From the human T2T-CHM13v2.0 reference genome, Homo sapiens, in NCBI RefSeq assembly GCF_009914755.1, contig NC_060942.1: DNA of 64,000 bases; one strand, written 5' to 3'. The notes beneath the pieces were generated by a model, which was given only the letters and a program-made list of their open reading frames with translations, searched no databases and was not told the origin of the DNA. Shown piece by piece: positions 49,110 through 62,934 of the stretch (position 1 is its first letter; each line of letters begins with the position of its first letter). A program made the translations under genes and the position numbers.

Positions 49110-49594
49110 GAAAAAGGAAATTTACACTTTTGAAAATTCTGAAGATAAAAGACAAATCTGAGTTAGTCCATTAAATTTCACAATATTTGGTTGCAATGTA
49201 CCTTGGCTCTGAAATTCACATCATTACATTATATACTAAGGGTGAACCAGGCCCTAAGGAAGAACTGAGATCCTCTGGCTGTATATAAACTCAATCTCAG
49301 GAATAACTCAAGTAGTAACAATATAGTCTTTAAAAATAGGCTAGATGCATGTGTTTGTTATAAATACAGGGAGACTGACAATGCATAACCTTTCTAAAAC
49401 CCTTTGAAAATAAAATTCATAGAAAAAATGTTTTCTTAAAATTAAATGTTTTTTCTCTTGAAATATTCTGTAAATGTCAAAGCATTAGGAATCTGTTTTT
49501 TGTTCTTAGCATATCATTAGTGTTTAAAATTTATGAAAGCTACCCCTACTTTACCTCTTTAAGTTGTCCAGCCAACTGTAAAATATCAACTGTG

Positions 49595-49750
49595 CAAAAA
49601 TGAGCAACTTAAATTTTCTGAGCCTCAGTTTCCTCTTCTGTAAACAAAGAGTAATAATGTCTACCTCCAAGTATTGTTGTGTCTACAATAAGATTATGAA
49701 CGTGTCAGAAACATTAAGTTCATCATTAGATATAAGTTCTGCTTATTTAC
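49595..49750 (+). mobile_element. MIR
   Basis: ctgagcctcagtttcctcttctgtaaacaaagagtaataatgtctacctc. Confidence 0.8.
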
Positions 49751-49772
49751 CTCTGCCATTGCAATACAATGA

Positions 49773-50075
<303 letters not shown>

Positions 50076-52323
50076 GATTTCAAAGCTTTTAAGAGCAAGA
50101 GAAAACTCCTATACCTGGTAGAGAAAATGCAGAGAATTTTACGTGACATATAGCATCAACAAACAATAACTCTACAAGAAATCTGTGTTCTTCCTTTATG
50201 CTTGCTCCATATTGACATTAATTTAAATTCTATGAAAAACTGGTAGAATGAAACTGCACAGAAACAAAGATCCAAAAGAAGCAAGAGAGTAAGAAACACA
50301 GAGAACTAAATGACCAGATTAATGCAAAGGGAAGAACAAGGAAATATAACATCGTTTTTCTTTTTGCATATTCAGGGTCTAGATATGCTTCACAGTAGTA
50401 AGATGAAAGCTTTGCTAATTTGTATGAAATGCCTGTAATTCAAAGCTTCTTTATATTCATTTGTGCAACTCAAAAAACAACCAAGTTAGTTTTAAATTTT
50501 CTCCCTAAAATTTATCTATGGATTGAAATGAAGCAGTAAGGATGTCAGTTCAATAATTCTAGCAGTAGACATAGCAGAAAGGTGATAACTGTTTTGGCTT
50601 CAGCACTACTACCAGGCTAGGAACTCAGCAACAAGCTGCAGATTTGGGTTTAGAAAATAAGTTTTAGCCCACCAAATCTATAATAAAAATTGTGTTGGTT
50701 TATTTCAGTTAAACTTATTCCACTTACGTTTGTATCAAACAAAAGATAATTGGTAATATTTGGAGATAATACAGTTGACCTACAATAATTGTTTGACATG
50801 ACTGACATTTAGCTAGTTTGTATACTTCAGGCATATCTAAGAAAGAAATAAAAAATTTAATTCAACAAGCATTCGTGTAATGCCTACTGCGTGCAAGAAA
50901 CTGTACTAGGTTATTTAATGAAGTTTACCTTTGGTTGTTTTTTTTTTTCCCCCCATTATATGTTTACTTACTAACCTTTTAAAATGCTTGTAGTTTGGAC
51001 TAACTTAAAATCTAGTCTGTCCTTACTTGAGATTTGGGGTTTAGAAGCTCATTTGATTAAGTCCACATTGAGAAGCAGTAGATTAGCTTCTGTCATGCAA
51101 AAGAGACAGGTTCTGCAGCGCAGATCATTTAAGAGCAATTTTTTTGTTTGTTTGTTACATAAAGAGACATTTTCAGAACCCTAATTGCTCCAAATTTATC
51201 TACTAAAGAATCATTATGATCCATTTTTAACCCCTCTCTGACATCAGGAACTAATGCTGTAATTGAACTGTGTCATCATTGATCTCAATTCTAAACCATT
51301 AGAACAGCTGGTTTTTGCCTTTCACTGCAATTGTACCATTTTCTTCCTAATCACTCCCATGCCTGCAGAAATGCACTGTATGGCCAAGACAGAGTTGTTT
51401 AAAGCACAGTTAGATGCAGTGAATGGCATACATTGCCTAGTAGACTATTATTTGCTATTTTCACATATTTAGAGTAAGAATAAAAGTGCAGACATCTCTA
51501 TTTTAAAAGCTCATTTTCTTATTTCTTTTCTTTTTTCCCTAAAGGTCTTTTTTGGTAACTTAACTTAGTTTGCTTACTCATATTTATAATGGATTTAAGA
51601 GAAGCAAAGAATTTTAGATCTGTCCCACTGCTGATGCTAAGTACGTCAAAACTAAGTCTTATTCTGAAGGGATATAAAAGCCATAAAAGAAAAAATACAT
51701 GAGAAAACAGAACAACTGCGTTTTAGCTCTGAAATTAGTTATGCATCAAAAGAGTTCTAATACACTCTAACATTCGCTATAATTTTGAGCTAAATCTTCA
51801 CCTTGGCCCTAAGTGTTGGCCCAGTGGATGTGGGGGAGGAATCTCTAATTCAGTGAACATTATATTGATAAAATTCTTGAATTTCATTACCTAATTTAAG
51901 AAATTTCAAATTATTTTTGTTGTTTAGCATAAGTATAGGTCTTGTTTCATATACTCTCTGTAAAACTGTGCACTTAAATTTTAAAATAAAGCTTTTAAAA
52001 AAAATCTCAGAAGCTATTTTAAAGAATTTATCAGGACCATATCCCTCCTTCTAGCATAAAAGTGATTTTGTAGTGAGTAAAATTCTGCACCAAAACCATG
52101 GACTTGGCAATGGAAAGAGCATGAGGGGAGGGTCAGAAACACTGTCTTCTAATCTCAGCTCCACAGTTACTGGCTCATGCGTCAATAATCTTTTTAAGCT
52201 TCAATGTCTTTGTTGTAAGACAGAGAGAGTGGAAAAAAATGGGCTCTGAGTCCCTTCTTGCTATGACTCTTAAGAAATAAAAAGTTATACAGAATCATCA
52301 TTAGCACATTTGAATTAACGCAG

Positions 52324-52850
52324 TGTCAGAGATAAAGCCAGACATTAGTTACAAGTGGTAAAGACAGATTTTGTTCAGTAATAACTATTGCAATATAGGA
52401 GAGAAACCAGCGTATAAGCATGAAAGAGCAAGGAGTGAGAGGGCAATTGACCAGGCCATCTGAGTTTGCTAATTGGCATTTGTCTGTAGGAGAAACAAAC
52501 TTTTTGTATCTTTATGACAGGAGTAAGTGGTGAGAGCTAGAGCAAGATGCCCACGCTTTCCCTCCCATGGGGACTCAGAGAGAAGAGTAGGGCTTACCTC
52601 CTGGGATGTTTGCATTTCAAAGAGATGGCTCCCAGACTTTGAGGAGCCACTTTTGTGTGGTAGAACATTTATATCTCAAAGAACAGGGAAATAATTGACA
52701 ATTGCAAACTTTTTCAGGTGAACATTGTAGGAGGGGGGATGCCTGGGTCATCCTAGGGACATGGCCTTAAGCTTCTAGAAGCCATGCTAGAGTTTGGTCA
52801 AGCAGAGTCTTTGTCAGTAGCAATGGGCCAGTCCAAGATGTTCATAACCA
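52324..52850 (-). mobile_element. MER31/MER67-family ERV1 LTR
   Basis: gacattagtta...aagacagattttgttcagtaa...tttgcatttcaaagagatggctcccag. Confidence 0.7.
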
Positions 52851-54029
52851 CCTTGTGTCTTGGAGAAGACTAAAGCTCAGATGAGAATACTTTCTATGGT
52901 AGCACAGAATCAAAATTTTAGCAGATACAAGAAGAGTCTACTTATATAACAATTGTTTTCTGCCATATGTATTGACTTTTAAAAAAGGAAAAAGAAAACA
53001 ACTTGGCCCAAGATATCTTAGCCAACGGCTCCATCTAGCTTTATTACAGCACTATCCTGAGTCATTTAAATATCTGTGGCTGCATTTCTCTTACATGCCT
53101 AAATTGAATGTTCAGCCCATTATAACACTATTTGCCCCCCAGAAAAATGCGTCAAGTATGATAACTCTGGAGAACCGTAGTGAAGAATGACAAGCCCATT
53201 TGATTTGTATCAATAATCATAATTCTTCTAATTCTCTTATCATCTTTTCTAAAGTAAGGAATTTCAAACTAAAAGATCTTGAGAGGGCATTTCTCAGCCA
53301 AATCTTATTTAGCTTTCATGAAAAATTTAAATGTGAGTTTTTGTAAATGCAAATGAAAATATTAAAGGTGCTCAATATATTCCCAGAGCAGATTGATATT
53401 TTTCATGCAATAATGTTAATGTGCTATACCCTCTACAGCAGTACCATAATTAGACCTGTTGGCATTTCCATTTTAAACCTAATCATAAAAATCCCTCTGA
53501 GCAATAATGTGCCATTCCAAGACTCAAACCAGTAGTTTCCACTGTTTAGGAACAATATTTGAGAAAGTTTTAGCAGGGGGTCAAGTTCTAATGAGGTAAA
53601 ACATTTAGCAGAATTCTTTTTTAAAATTTCACCCTCGATGCTTGTTTGCCTTCTGAAAACTAATTTCAATCTAATGTGTGATGTTTATAAATAGGACAGA
53701 CACGTAGCATGAAAACTGCATTCAAGCTACAGTTCAGTCAGAAAGTGTAGTTTATAATAAAGTGGTGCATCCAGTTTTGTTGGACCTAGAACTTAAATAA
53801 TTTAGGAGGGTGATGTTTAAGAAAAAGACAAAACTACAAATACAAAATTAGACATGAAAGTGAATTTTTAGAATGAGAAAAGTTTGAAAAGGCAGATAAA
53901 TATTACAAATATAAAATCTAAAAGGATAACAAGTTATGCTTATGAAATTAGCTGTTTCAATACTGTCATATTCTTTTTCTTACATAATTTGGCTGATACT
54001 CATTAATCACCTCTTTATATAACAAAGTT

Positions 54030-54332
54030 GTGTTTTTGTTTGTTTGTTTTTTGGAGACAGAGTCTTACTCTGTCGCCCAGGCTGTAGTGTAGTGGCCCAA
54101 TATCAGCTCACTGCAACCTCTGCCTCCTGGGTTCAAGTGATTCTTGTGCCTCAGCCTCCCCAGTAGCTGGGACTACAAGCATGTGCCACCACACCTGGCT
54201 AATTGTATTTTTAGTAAAGACAGGGTTTCGCCATGTTGCCCAGGCTGGTCTCAAACTCCTGAACTCAGGCAATCCGCCCACCTCAGCCTCCCAAGGAGCT
54301 GGGTTTACAGGCGTGAGCCACCGTGCCCGGCC
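54030..54332 (-). mobile_element. AluS (Sz/Sx-like)
   Basis: Full dimer with (TTTG)n tail; taacaaa on both flanks. Confidence 0.93.
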
Positions 54333-54393
54333 TGTAACAAACATTTTGATAATATCATTTATTATGGAGAAAATTCAGTCTTTGCTCTGCCAT

Positions 54394-54695
54394 CAGACTC
54401 TGGCCAACTTGTTCTATAAAGGGTTACATAGTGAATATTGTATGCCTAAAGGACTATACAGTCGCTGTTGTAGCTACTTAATCCCTGTCGTCGTAGCACA
54501 AAAGCAGCAACAGACAATACGTAAATGAATGAGCATGACTGTGTTCCAATAAAACTTATTTATGGACCCTGAATTTTGAATTGTATATAATTTGCACATG
54601 TCATATATCTGTTTCTCCCCCAGTAATCTAAAAATGCAGATCATTCTTAGCACATGGACCATACAAAAATGTAGACTATAGTTTCATGACATTTG
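54394..54695. mobile_element. MER58B hAT-Charlie
   Basis: aaagcagcaacagacaatacgtaaatgaatgagcatgactgtgttccaataaaacttatttatggac...ccatacaaaaa. Confidence 0.85.
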
Positions 54696-54762
54696 TTCTA
54701 CCTTGATTGATAAAAGTTTTGTATTATTGACAGTTTATAAACTTTAACTTTAAACGTCTCAA

Positions 54763-54826
54763 ATCATTGTTAATAAGTATATTTCATGGTAGACATCATT
54801 GTTAATAAGTATATTTCATGATAGAC
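54763..54826. repeat. 32-bp tandem duplication (1 mismatch)
   Basis: atcattgttaataagtatatttcatg(g/a)tagac twice. Confidence 0.95.
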
Positions 54827-57800
54827 ATCAAATTTGAAAAATGAATCTTTTTATTTTTAAGCATTGTGAGGGTTTTTTTCACTGTGACTAATTTAAGTGT
54901 TTTTTACATTGATGATATTCATTAACCAGTTTGTCACTGATAACCTCAATATAAAGGTATAATATGTATTTTATTATTGTTGCTATATTATTAGTATTTT
55001 ACATTAAATCATCAAGAAATTTTAATATTTGCCCAATGTGCTCATATTATTCAGGCATATGGTTCAATCCAAGAACCTATACACTACTTCCATTAGAAAT
55101 TTATCACTCCCTCTCAACTATTGCTTTTGCGATGCTCTGAAAAATTCTGGTTATAATTATATGCCAATGTTAGCATAATTTCTATTGATTTCATCACTTT
55201 GATGACTTTGTTTCAGTTTTATGTATTTTTAATCTAAATTTGAGTCTAATAAATTTTATTTTATTGAAACATTCCGAAACATCTTTTCAAATCACCTGAC
55301 CCCTTTGGGTCAAGGTGCCCGCTCAGTTAGCACAAAGGACAGTGGGAGTATCCAGGAAGTCATTGCTGTGCCAGGACAGTTAACACTCTTTTACTTCTAT
55401 ATAGAAGTGACTAAAAACCATACAAATATGTCCCATCAAACCCAACAAATGTATTCTCAGTTCAATTATGCCTTAGCCAGATATCAAAGATAACTTGTAG
55501 CCACCCAATACCACCCAATGTGAGAAGAGGTAATGGGAGGAAAGTCCAACTGGAAAGAGATAGGAAATTTTACTGACTCTGTAACTATGCTAAGACCATG
55601 GTGGGGCCCTCCCCCAGGGTTGAAGGTGTTCGCACATCTTGAGTTTGCCTTCATTAATATCCTGATAAATCTACCCCTTATTATTCCCCAGGAGGTCTGT
55701 CACACAGCTGAGCTGTCACTTGCAGCACCATCCACCATATTCTTTTGACCATTCTACTCTACAAATTGCCAGAGCTGAACATTCACCATGTAGAATTCCA
55801 GAGGGAGCCAATGAGAACACATACAACTCACTTACAAATTACATACACGGTCATTTCCTGTAAACACAGAAAGTATAGTAATCATTCAATTGTTTTGAAA
55901 AAGAACAAATTGGAGGAGTCATCTATTGAGATTTTGAACATAATGTATATGCTTGGGACAATTCATTTGATAAAGCTTAATAGAAAGTTATGTATCACAA
56001 TAACATCATAATTGCAGATTCTAATTTAATTATGTGATTGTACATATTTATTTACTCTAGGTTCTATAGCAAATACACAGTAATTAAACAGCATAGTAAA
56101 CTAACAGGCTAAAGTTGGGGAGGATAACAAGAAATTCGTGAAGCCTCTTGCACAGTAAAAGAATATTAAAAAGGTCAATTACAAGCTTAGGGAAGCAGAG
56201 TCTATTCCGATTTAAAAGATAATTACAGTCAGCTCATTGCCTTTTTCTGTCATACCAGACATTCCTTTCAAGAGTGTCAAGTGAAGGAGAAAGTTACAGG
56301 AGGAGATTTTCAGGTTCGAGTATCTTCATAGCTTAGAAAGCAACCACCAAGCCCCTAATGATTTCCACAAAATTCCCTTTGTGTAAATAGAGTCATTTGA
56401 GGATTAAGTAATCTGCAGCTCAGACCTTTGTCCTATCCTCCTGTGCTTCTTTTAGCCTTCGGGTCCTCATAATACATTTCTGGTCCTAAACTCACAAGCT
56501 TTTGAGTATCTATTGTTTTCCTAATATAAGCTTAATAGCTTTTTTCAGTATAATGATTATCAATGTAAAGGGTAATTAACTCCAAGAAATTACCATTTTT
56601 TAAAGACTTGGACTCTATAGCAACAGTACAGGTATACTAAACAGTATTTTGCATCCTATTAAGCTAAATACTATATTTAATTTTAAAATACATGCCCACA
56701 AGTATGCCGGGCTTTGAAGAGAACTCAAATACAAGACATAAGAATACCAAAAAATAAAAAATAAATAGAAAATCACAGATAATTTAGAATAATAGAAATG
56801 GTACTCATATTATACAGAAAAATGTTTCACTATATTCTTTGATTTTCAGTTTCTTTAAATTATAAGCTAGTCTATGGCATTTAAAATATGGTTTACTTTT
56901 CAAACTTCAAAATATACACAGTATAATAATGAAACTGTTGCCCTTTCCCTTCCTCATGTGTTTATTAAGTATTCCTTTCAAGGTATACTTTTGCCTTGTA
57001 GCAGTTAATATTTGTATTAGGAACACGACTTCACTGAGAAACTAAAATAATGATATTTTTATAATTATATCCCCCATATTTATCATAATTATAATTATGT
57101 TAAAGAGTTAATTTCTATGTGTTCTCCTATTAATATGTAACAGACAATTTACAAACACTGTAGAGCTTTGGGGAATATGTTTGGAGAAAATGCTTAATTA
57201 GGCAATGGTGTGAATTTTGACATCTTTCTTCATGGTTCAGAGAATAATCTCTTGCTGACACATATCTTCAAGAGTTTGATGAACAGAAAGTCTTATTTTT
57301 CCAATATGAAAAACAGTATTACAGGATCACAATATGGTGAGAAATGAAAAAAATGTGTTTTATTTTTTAATAAATGACATATTGCTAAGTAAGCCAAAAT
57401 TATCTAATAGCATTGAAAAACAAAATTTGCAATAAAATATACCATTCACAAAATGTGATAGATATGTGATAGATAAAACTGACTCTAAAATCCAAGAAGT
57501 CCCCACTTTAGTTGGGAGTAAGCTTGGGCATAAACATCATGCTTCAAGAAGTCTGAAGTATTTTACCCATTGTTCCACTGATATTGTTAACATTGGCACT
57601 TGGGCTGTAACTTTTTTGGCCAGAGAATGTACTAAGATTCTTGAATCATTAGGTAGTTCCCCAAAAGGCCATCAAATATGACTTAAGCTAAATAACTGAA
57701 TTAATTTTTCTATGCTTATATAAGTCACACAATTCTAACAATGAAGACATTAATGGAAATCATTGATTTCCATTCATCTCTTAATCTGATTTCCACTAAT

Positions 57801-60381
57801 CTGATGTGGAAGCATCAGATTTCTCATTTCTAATTGGTACAATGCTAAATTCTAAAATGATATTAATTTAGAGTATTGACCCACTGATACATATACACCC
57901 CAGTGGTTCAACTCTGTAACAATTTAGATCCTTCCTTATATTCTGCTATTCAATGATTTCACATTTTCAGGCATGTACATGCATGTGTGGTTCATTTCTG
58001 TGTTCTCTACACCACTACAACAGTGTCAGTGAAAGCTCTGATTAGTGTTCTCAGACAACCATATTGGCCAAGGGACCTCATTATAATCAAATCTAAACAT
58101 AGTATGCTGTAAAACAATCTCAGAACTTACATTCTCAAAAACAAATTCCTCACTAACAGACCATTATATGTTTGTAAGGAAGAGGTATTTAGAAAGACTT
58201 CTGTGATTCATAAATTTAACTGTGTCTCAGGAAAAAAAAAAAGCTATTCAGGAATGAGTAAATCCCCATGAAATAAAAATCCTCACTCCATGAAATGACT
58301 TAATCATTCCACTCAAAGGAGCAGATGGAACAGTTGCTCTTCTGAACATCCCGAGGTGGGGGTCTTATCAACAATTTTCAAGAATTCCTATTGGCAGGAC
58401 ATTTTGTTAATACATACTCAAACCAAAAGATGTAGGAAATGCTGTGGAAACAAGACCCACGTGCCACATTGAGAAAGATACCAAATTTTGGCTCTTTTTG
58501 TTTTGCCTATAGTTCCCCAAGCAAAGAAAGGTGAGGATCATACACTAGTCCCTATGCCAGACACCACCCCCTAGTTCCCTTTCTGCCAATGATAGTACCT
58601 GGTTCTACCAGAAAGCCCCAACCATCAGCACGTCAACTAATATTTACCAAGTTAAGTAATGTAGGTATGTTTTTGCTCTGATTTGTTTCAGTATTTTTCA
58701 AGAGTAATCACAGCAACAAATTGTGACTTACAAGGTTCTAGCTCCCTATAATCTCCATGGGCCAGCCTCCACCACACTTGGTGATTTAACTTTTTGATAT
58801 GGATTGACAGTTCATGTTTTCTCAATCTTATGTAAGATGTGGATAACACCATCATTGAAAAACTTTACACTTTTGATTGTCTATTAACATATATACTAAG
58901 TAAAAAACATGTATGTGCTATTTAAATGCAGTTTTAGGACAATTCTCCCTCCTTTTCAACCATAGCACTGCTCCTTAACCCATCCAGAAAGGAATGCTGA
59001 AGCTATCCTTACTTGGGGGTCATAAACTTTTTAAAATTTTAATCACGTGGCATAGGAATAAAGAAAAGAGATCCACAAAATTTGTGGGTCATTCTTATGT
59101 TCAGCTAACAAAACACTATACATATATCCATTCCTTTCAGATCAAATTATTAGAATTCATTGTCAGAGGATCCAAATACCCCAGGGAATCAGGTAGGGAC
59201 TCCCACAAGACTGTGACAGATAAAAGAATTTATCAGTCACTATCATATACAGCTGAGTTTGAACTGATGATGAAAAGAGAATATGATAGTTATATTTCAT
59301 GAATTTGAAATAAGAAGGTTTTAAGTGCATGGTTTAGATTCCATCCTGGAAGTGTGTAACAAGCACAGTGCTTCTGATATAGGTGAGTGGAGGTAATATA
59401 TTACCCTGGCTTAATATATTTAGCAAAAGTGTAAAAGCAATTCAATCTTTCGCTTCTCAGATTAGATTCTTTTATTAGAAATTACTCAAATAACACATAT
59501 TCACTTAAACTTATTCTTGGAAAAGCAGTTTACTGTTTTCAACAATCATATTTTATTTTATTTAATCATCAAAAAACGGAATCCACGGTAGTTGTGACTA
59601 TAAGTCTTGCTTGGGACTATGGATTTTAATGACCTTAGCTGAGGCCTATATTCACCTAGGTAACTCCTGGTAAGTTTTAGTAAATTAAAATATCAAGTTG
59701 CAATTTGACAGTACTCTTCCTTCTTATGTTTCATTCATGCAATGAAAAGTTTTTGAACTCTAAGTCCTAGGCAAAAGTAGAAATTAATAATGTTCATTCT
59801 TTTCTATCACTAAAATGAAATGAATTATACAAGTCAACCATGTTGGGTTCCAGGAGTTATAGGGAGACAGAACATATTATATTTTGTGAATTAAATACAA
59901 ATTCTGCACATTTGGGTAATTTATACATTTAAAACCATACTGTTCTGCATTCTTCTTTGAAATGAAGAACTTCGCATGTGGATCTATGCTTATGAGGTGA
60001 AACTAGAAGCATAATCAAGCTGAATTTGACAAAAATAAAAGTTTCTAATCTTCCATCATGACCCTTTGCCTCTTCATGCTAGACAAACCTAGCTAAAGGT
60101 CTATTATCTTCTTTTTTCTTAACACAGAGAAGCAGAATATGTACACACCCAATACCCCAACCATCTGAATCTGCTCATGATATTAAAATACCTGATCTCA
60201 TGTTTAGGTGGAGGTTTAGCATTTTTATTTTGATTTGGCCAGTACCTAAGTGTTCAATCAATCTATGCATCTTAGATGATAGCTGGTACAAGGATTGTGT
60301 GATTTGTCTTGGTCCAACATCTGGCCCCCTGGACCATTTACTGGACACTCAGTAGATGCCTCTGACAGATGGTGATATGGG

Positions 60382-60426
60382 CTGCTGCTGCTGTTGATGA
60401 CACTGTTGATGATGATGATGATGATG
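60382..60426. repeat. Compound (CTG)n/(GAT)n trinucleotide tract
   Basis: ctgctgctgctgttgatgacactgttgatgatgatgatgatgatg. Confidence 0.85.
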
Positions 60427-60464
60427 CAAATGCTCTAACAAGAGCAATGCACAAAGCATGGCTA

Positions 60465-60580
60465 CAAAGTAGTTCTCCAGCAGAGAATGAGGCTTGAATC
60501 CTGGGTATCTACACTTTAAAATGCATCCCAGATTATTCTGATGCTTATGATTTGCAACCAGGCATCCAGAACCACTGCTG
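60465..60580. mobile_element. MER5-type fragment
   Basis: atcctgggtatctacactttaaaatgcatcccagattattctgatgc...agaaccactgctgtag. Confidence 0.6.
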
Positions 60581-60889
60581 TAGAGAAGCAATGTCACCAT
60601 CATAACTTTATATGCAAGCTTTGTACATTGTTTTTGACACAGTAAGCTTGATATTATTTTTTCCTTCTAAAAGGGATTTAGCAACTTGTCCTTTGGGAGA
60701 TTCTTGCAGAGCAATGTCCTAGAATCTCAAGTTGACTTGTGTAGCTGCTGAATGGCATCAAAAGAAAAGCTCCCTATGATTCAAAATGCCTAAGGAAAAA
60801 CACAAACGTACTGTGCTAAATGATTTACATATATTTTCTGGCTTAATCGAAGGGCTAAATTCTTTACTTGACATAGATCCTCACAAGAA

Positions 60890-61640
60890 CAATTTTGTGC
60901 TAAACAATGCACTCGTTGACAAGGATACAGCAGCGAACAAAATATACAAAACCCTATCATCATGGAATTTATCATCTAGTTAGGGTGTGTGAGTCCATTC
61001 AGGCTGCTGTATCAAAATATCATTAACTACATAGCTTATAAACAACAACAGGAGTTTATGCTGATAGTTCTAGAAGCTGAGAACTCTGAGATCAAGGTGC
61101 TGGCACACTCAGTGTCTGGTGAGCACCTGCGTCCTAGACTGTCATCTTTTAACTCTAACCTCAGATGACAGAAGGTTGGACAATCTCCCGTGGACTTCTT
61201 TTATAAGGGCACTAATCTCATTCAACAGGGCAGAGCCTCCTAAAGGCCCCACCTCCTAATACCCAACCTCGTTTTGGGGGTTAAGATTTTAACATATATA
61301 TTTGGGGCAACACAAACATTCAGACCATAACAGGGAGACAGAAAATAGAAATATACATTACATTGAATGGAAAAAAGCCCAATGAACGATACAACCTGGG
61401 AGAAAGGGAAAGACAGGTGGACATAATACACAGTGGCCGGGACAGGCCGCTCAGAAAAGACTCCCTACAAACACAAGGATGTGAGGAACGTGGTTGGGTT
61501 TGGACTCTTCATTTATTTTGAAGATAGAGTCAACAGGAGATGTTGATAGCTAGGATGGAGTAGGACAGAAAAAAAGAAATTATGGGTGACACCAAAGCTT
61601 TTGGCCTAAGTAAAAGAAAAAGTGAAGCTGGACATTTATT
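60890..61640 (-). mobile_element. L2 fragments split by a MaLR LTR
   Basis: ggatacagcagcgaacaaaa...catggaatttatcatctagt|...|gggagacagaaaata; attttgaagatagagtcaacaggag. Confidence 0.6.
60986..61332 (-). mobile_element. MLT1A-like MaLR solo LTR
   Basis: agtccattcaggctgct...gcttataaacaac...agatcaaggtgctggca...aaacattcagaccataaca. Confidence 0.85.
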
Positions 61641-62529
61641 TATTGAGCTGAGCATTATTATGTGAGATGGTTATGATTTGCATTCCATTTTTAAAATTAG
61701 ACTACATAGGCTCCCATTAATTATGGGCTTGCTGCAGGTAGCACAGCTTGTACAAGGTGGAGAGTAGTTTTGAACCAAGTCAGTAGACCAAAGCCCCTAC
61801 ACTCAATCATAAAGGCAGCTAGGGACCCCTTAGTACCTGCCAAACTTGCTTTGGACCTACCCCTTAGAAGCTTGCACACCTCAAGATGAACATAGATGGG
61901 AAGAGAAGGACCGGAGTCCCTCCATCTGTGCTCGGGGATTTAAAAGCATTTCCATGCCAGTCCATCGCTACCATTCTGCACACTCCCCAACAGAGCAAAG
62001 GGACCTGCCTGTCTTTGGCTTGACATTTCAGAGATTCCTACTGCACATTTCTATCTATATATAGGCAGGTCCAGCTCCAGGCAGGTGCAGGATACAGAAC
62101 AAATCTCAGCGCCTCTCCTCTATACCAACACCCTCCAGCATATGGTATGTGGGTGAAATTAGGTTAAAAAGAACATCAAGGACAACCCTGGAGGATAAAT
62201 GAAATCATTACCAAAAGGAAACATGTGATGGAATAAAGGAGGGGTGCCAGCTGAGAAAGGTGTTGGAGTGCTGAGTATTTGTACAAGGAATCTGCCGCTG
62301 ACCATCTGTCTATTGTTTTTCAAGTTTCTACATAGACTATTAAGTTTCAGTCTCAGTAGGAAGGAAGAGGAAAAGAGAAAGAAAACATTTACTGGTTGTT
62401 TGCTATGAGCCAGGCACTGGACTAGATGCTTTGTATACATTTGTGCAACACAATGTGGCATTGTCATTATTGGGCCAGCTTTACATAGATTAAGTCACTA
62501 AACTGAGACTCCAGCTTAACTTTTCTGCA

Positions 62530-62620
62530 CAAAAGCAATCTGTAAGCTCCATGAGGGCAAGGACTGTCTTTGCCAAGTTTACTGTGTGTCCCCAGTGCTT
62601 AACACAGCACCTGGAACTCT
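62530..62620 (+). mobile_element. L2 3' fragment
   Basis: tgtaagctccatgagggcaaggactgtc...cccagtgcttaacacagcacctgg. Confidence 0.75.
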
Positions 62621-62646
62621 GAGGTGAGGAGGGTGTCATTGACTCT

Positions 62647-62934
62647 TTTCTTCTTTTTTTAGAGACAGGGTCTCACTCTGTCACCCAGGCTGGAGTGCAG
62701 TGGTACAATCACAGCTCACTGCAGCTTCGACCTCCTGGGCTCCAGGATCCTCCTTCCTCAGCCTCCTGGAACTACAGGTGTGCACCCCCACACATGGCTA
62801 ATTTTTTGTATTTTTTGTAGAGACGGGGTTTCACCCTGTTGCTCAGACCAGTCCGAACTCCTGTGCTTAAGCAATCTGCCAGCCTCAGCCTCCCAGAGTG
62901 TTGAGATTACAGGCGTGAGCCACCGCTCCCAGCC
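62647..62934 (-). mobile_element. AluJ
   Basis: Diverged dimer; TSD tcattgactct at 62636-62646 and 62936-62946. Confidence 0.92.

Larger units (their letters stand above)
53761..55678. mobile_element. Zaphod/MER115-type hAT-Tip100 transposon, internally deleted, with nested Alu and MER58B
   Basis: Left end gcatccagttttgttggacctagaactta...tttaagaaaaaga...aatacaaaattag; right end ggggccct...cttcatta...ataaatctacccct. Confidence 0.7.

Noticed and set aside
60349-60603. ORF with poly-His/poly-Gln resembling a transcription factor
   Set aside because: It is the translation of a (GAT)n/(CTG)n microsatellite plus a MER5 fragment
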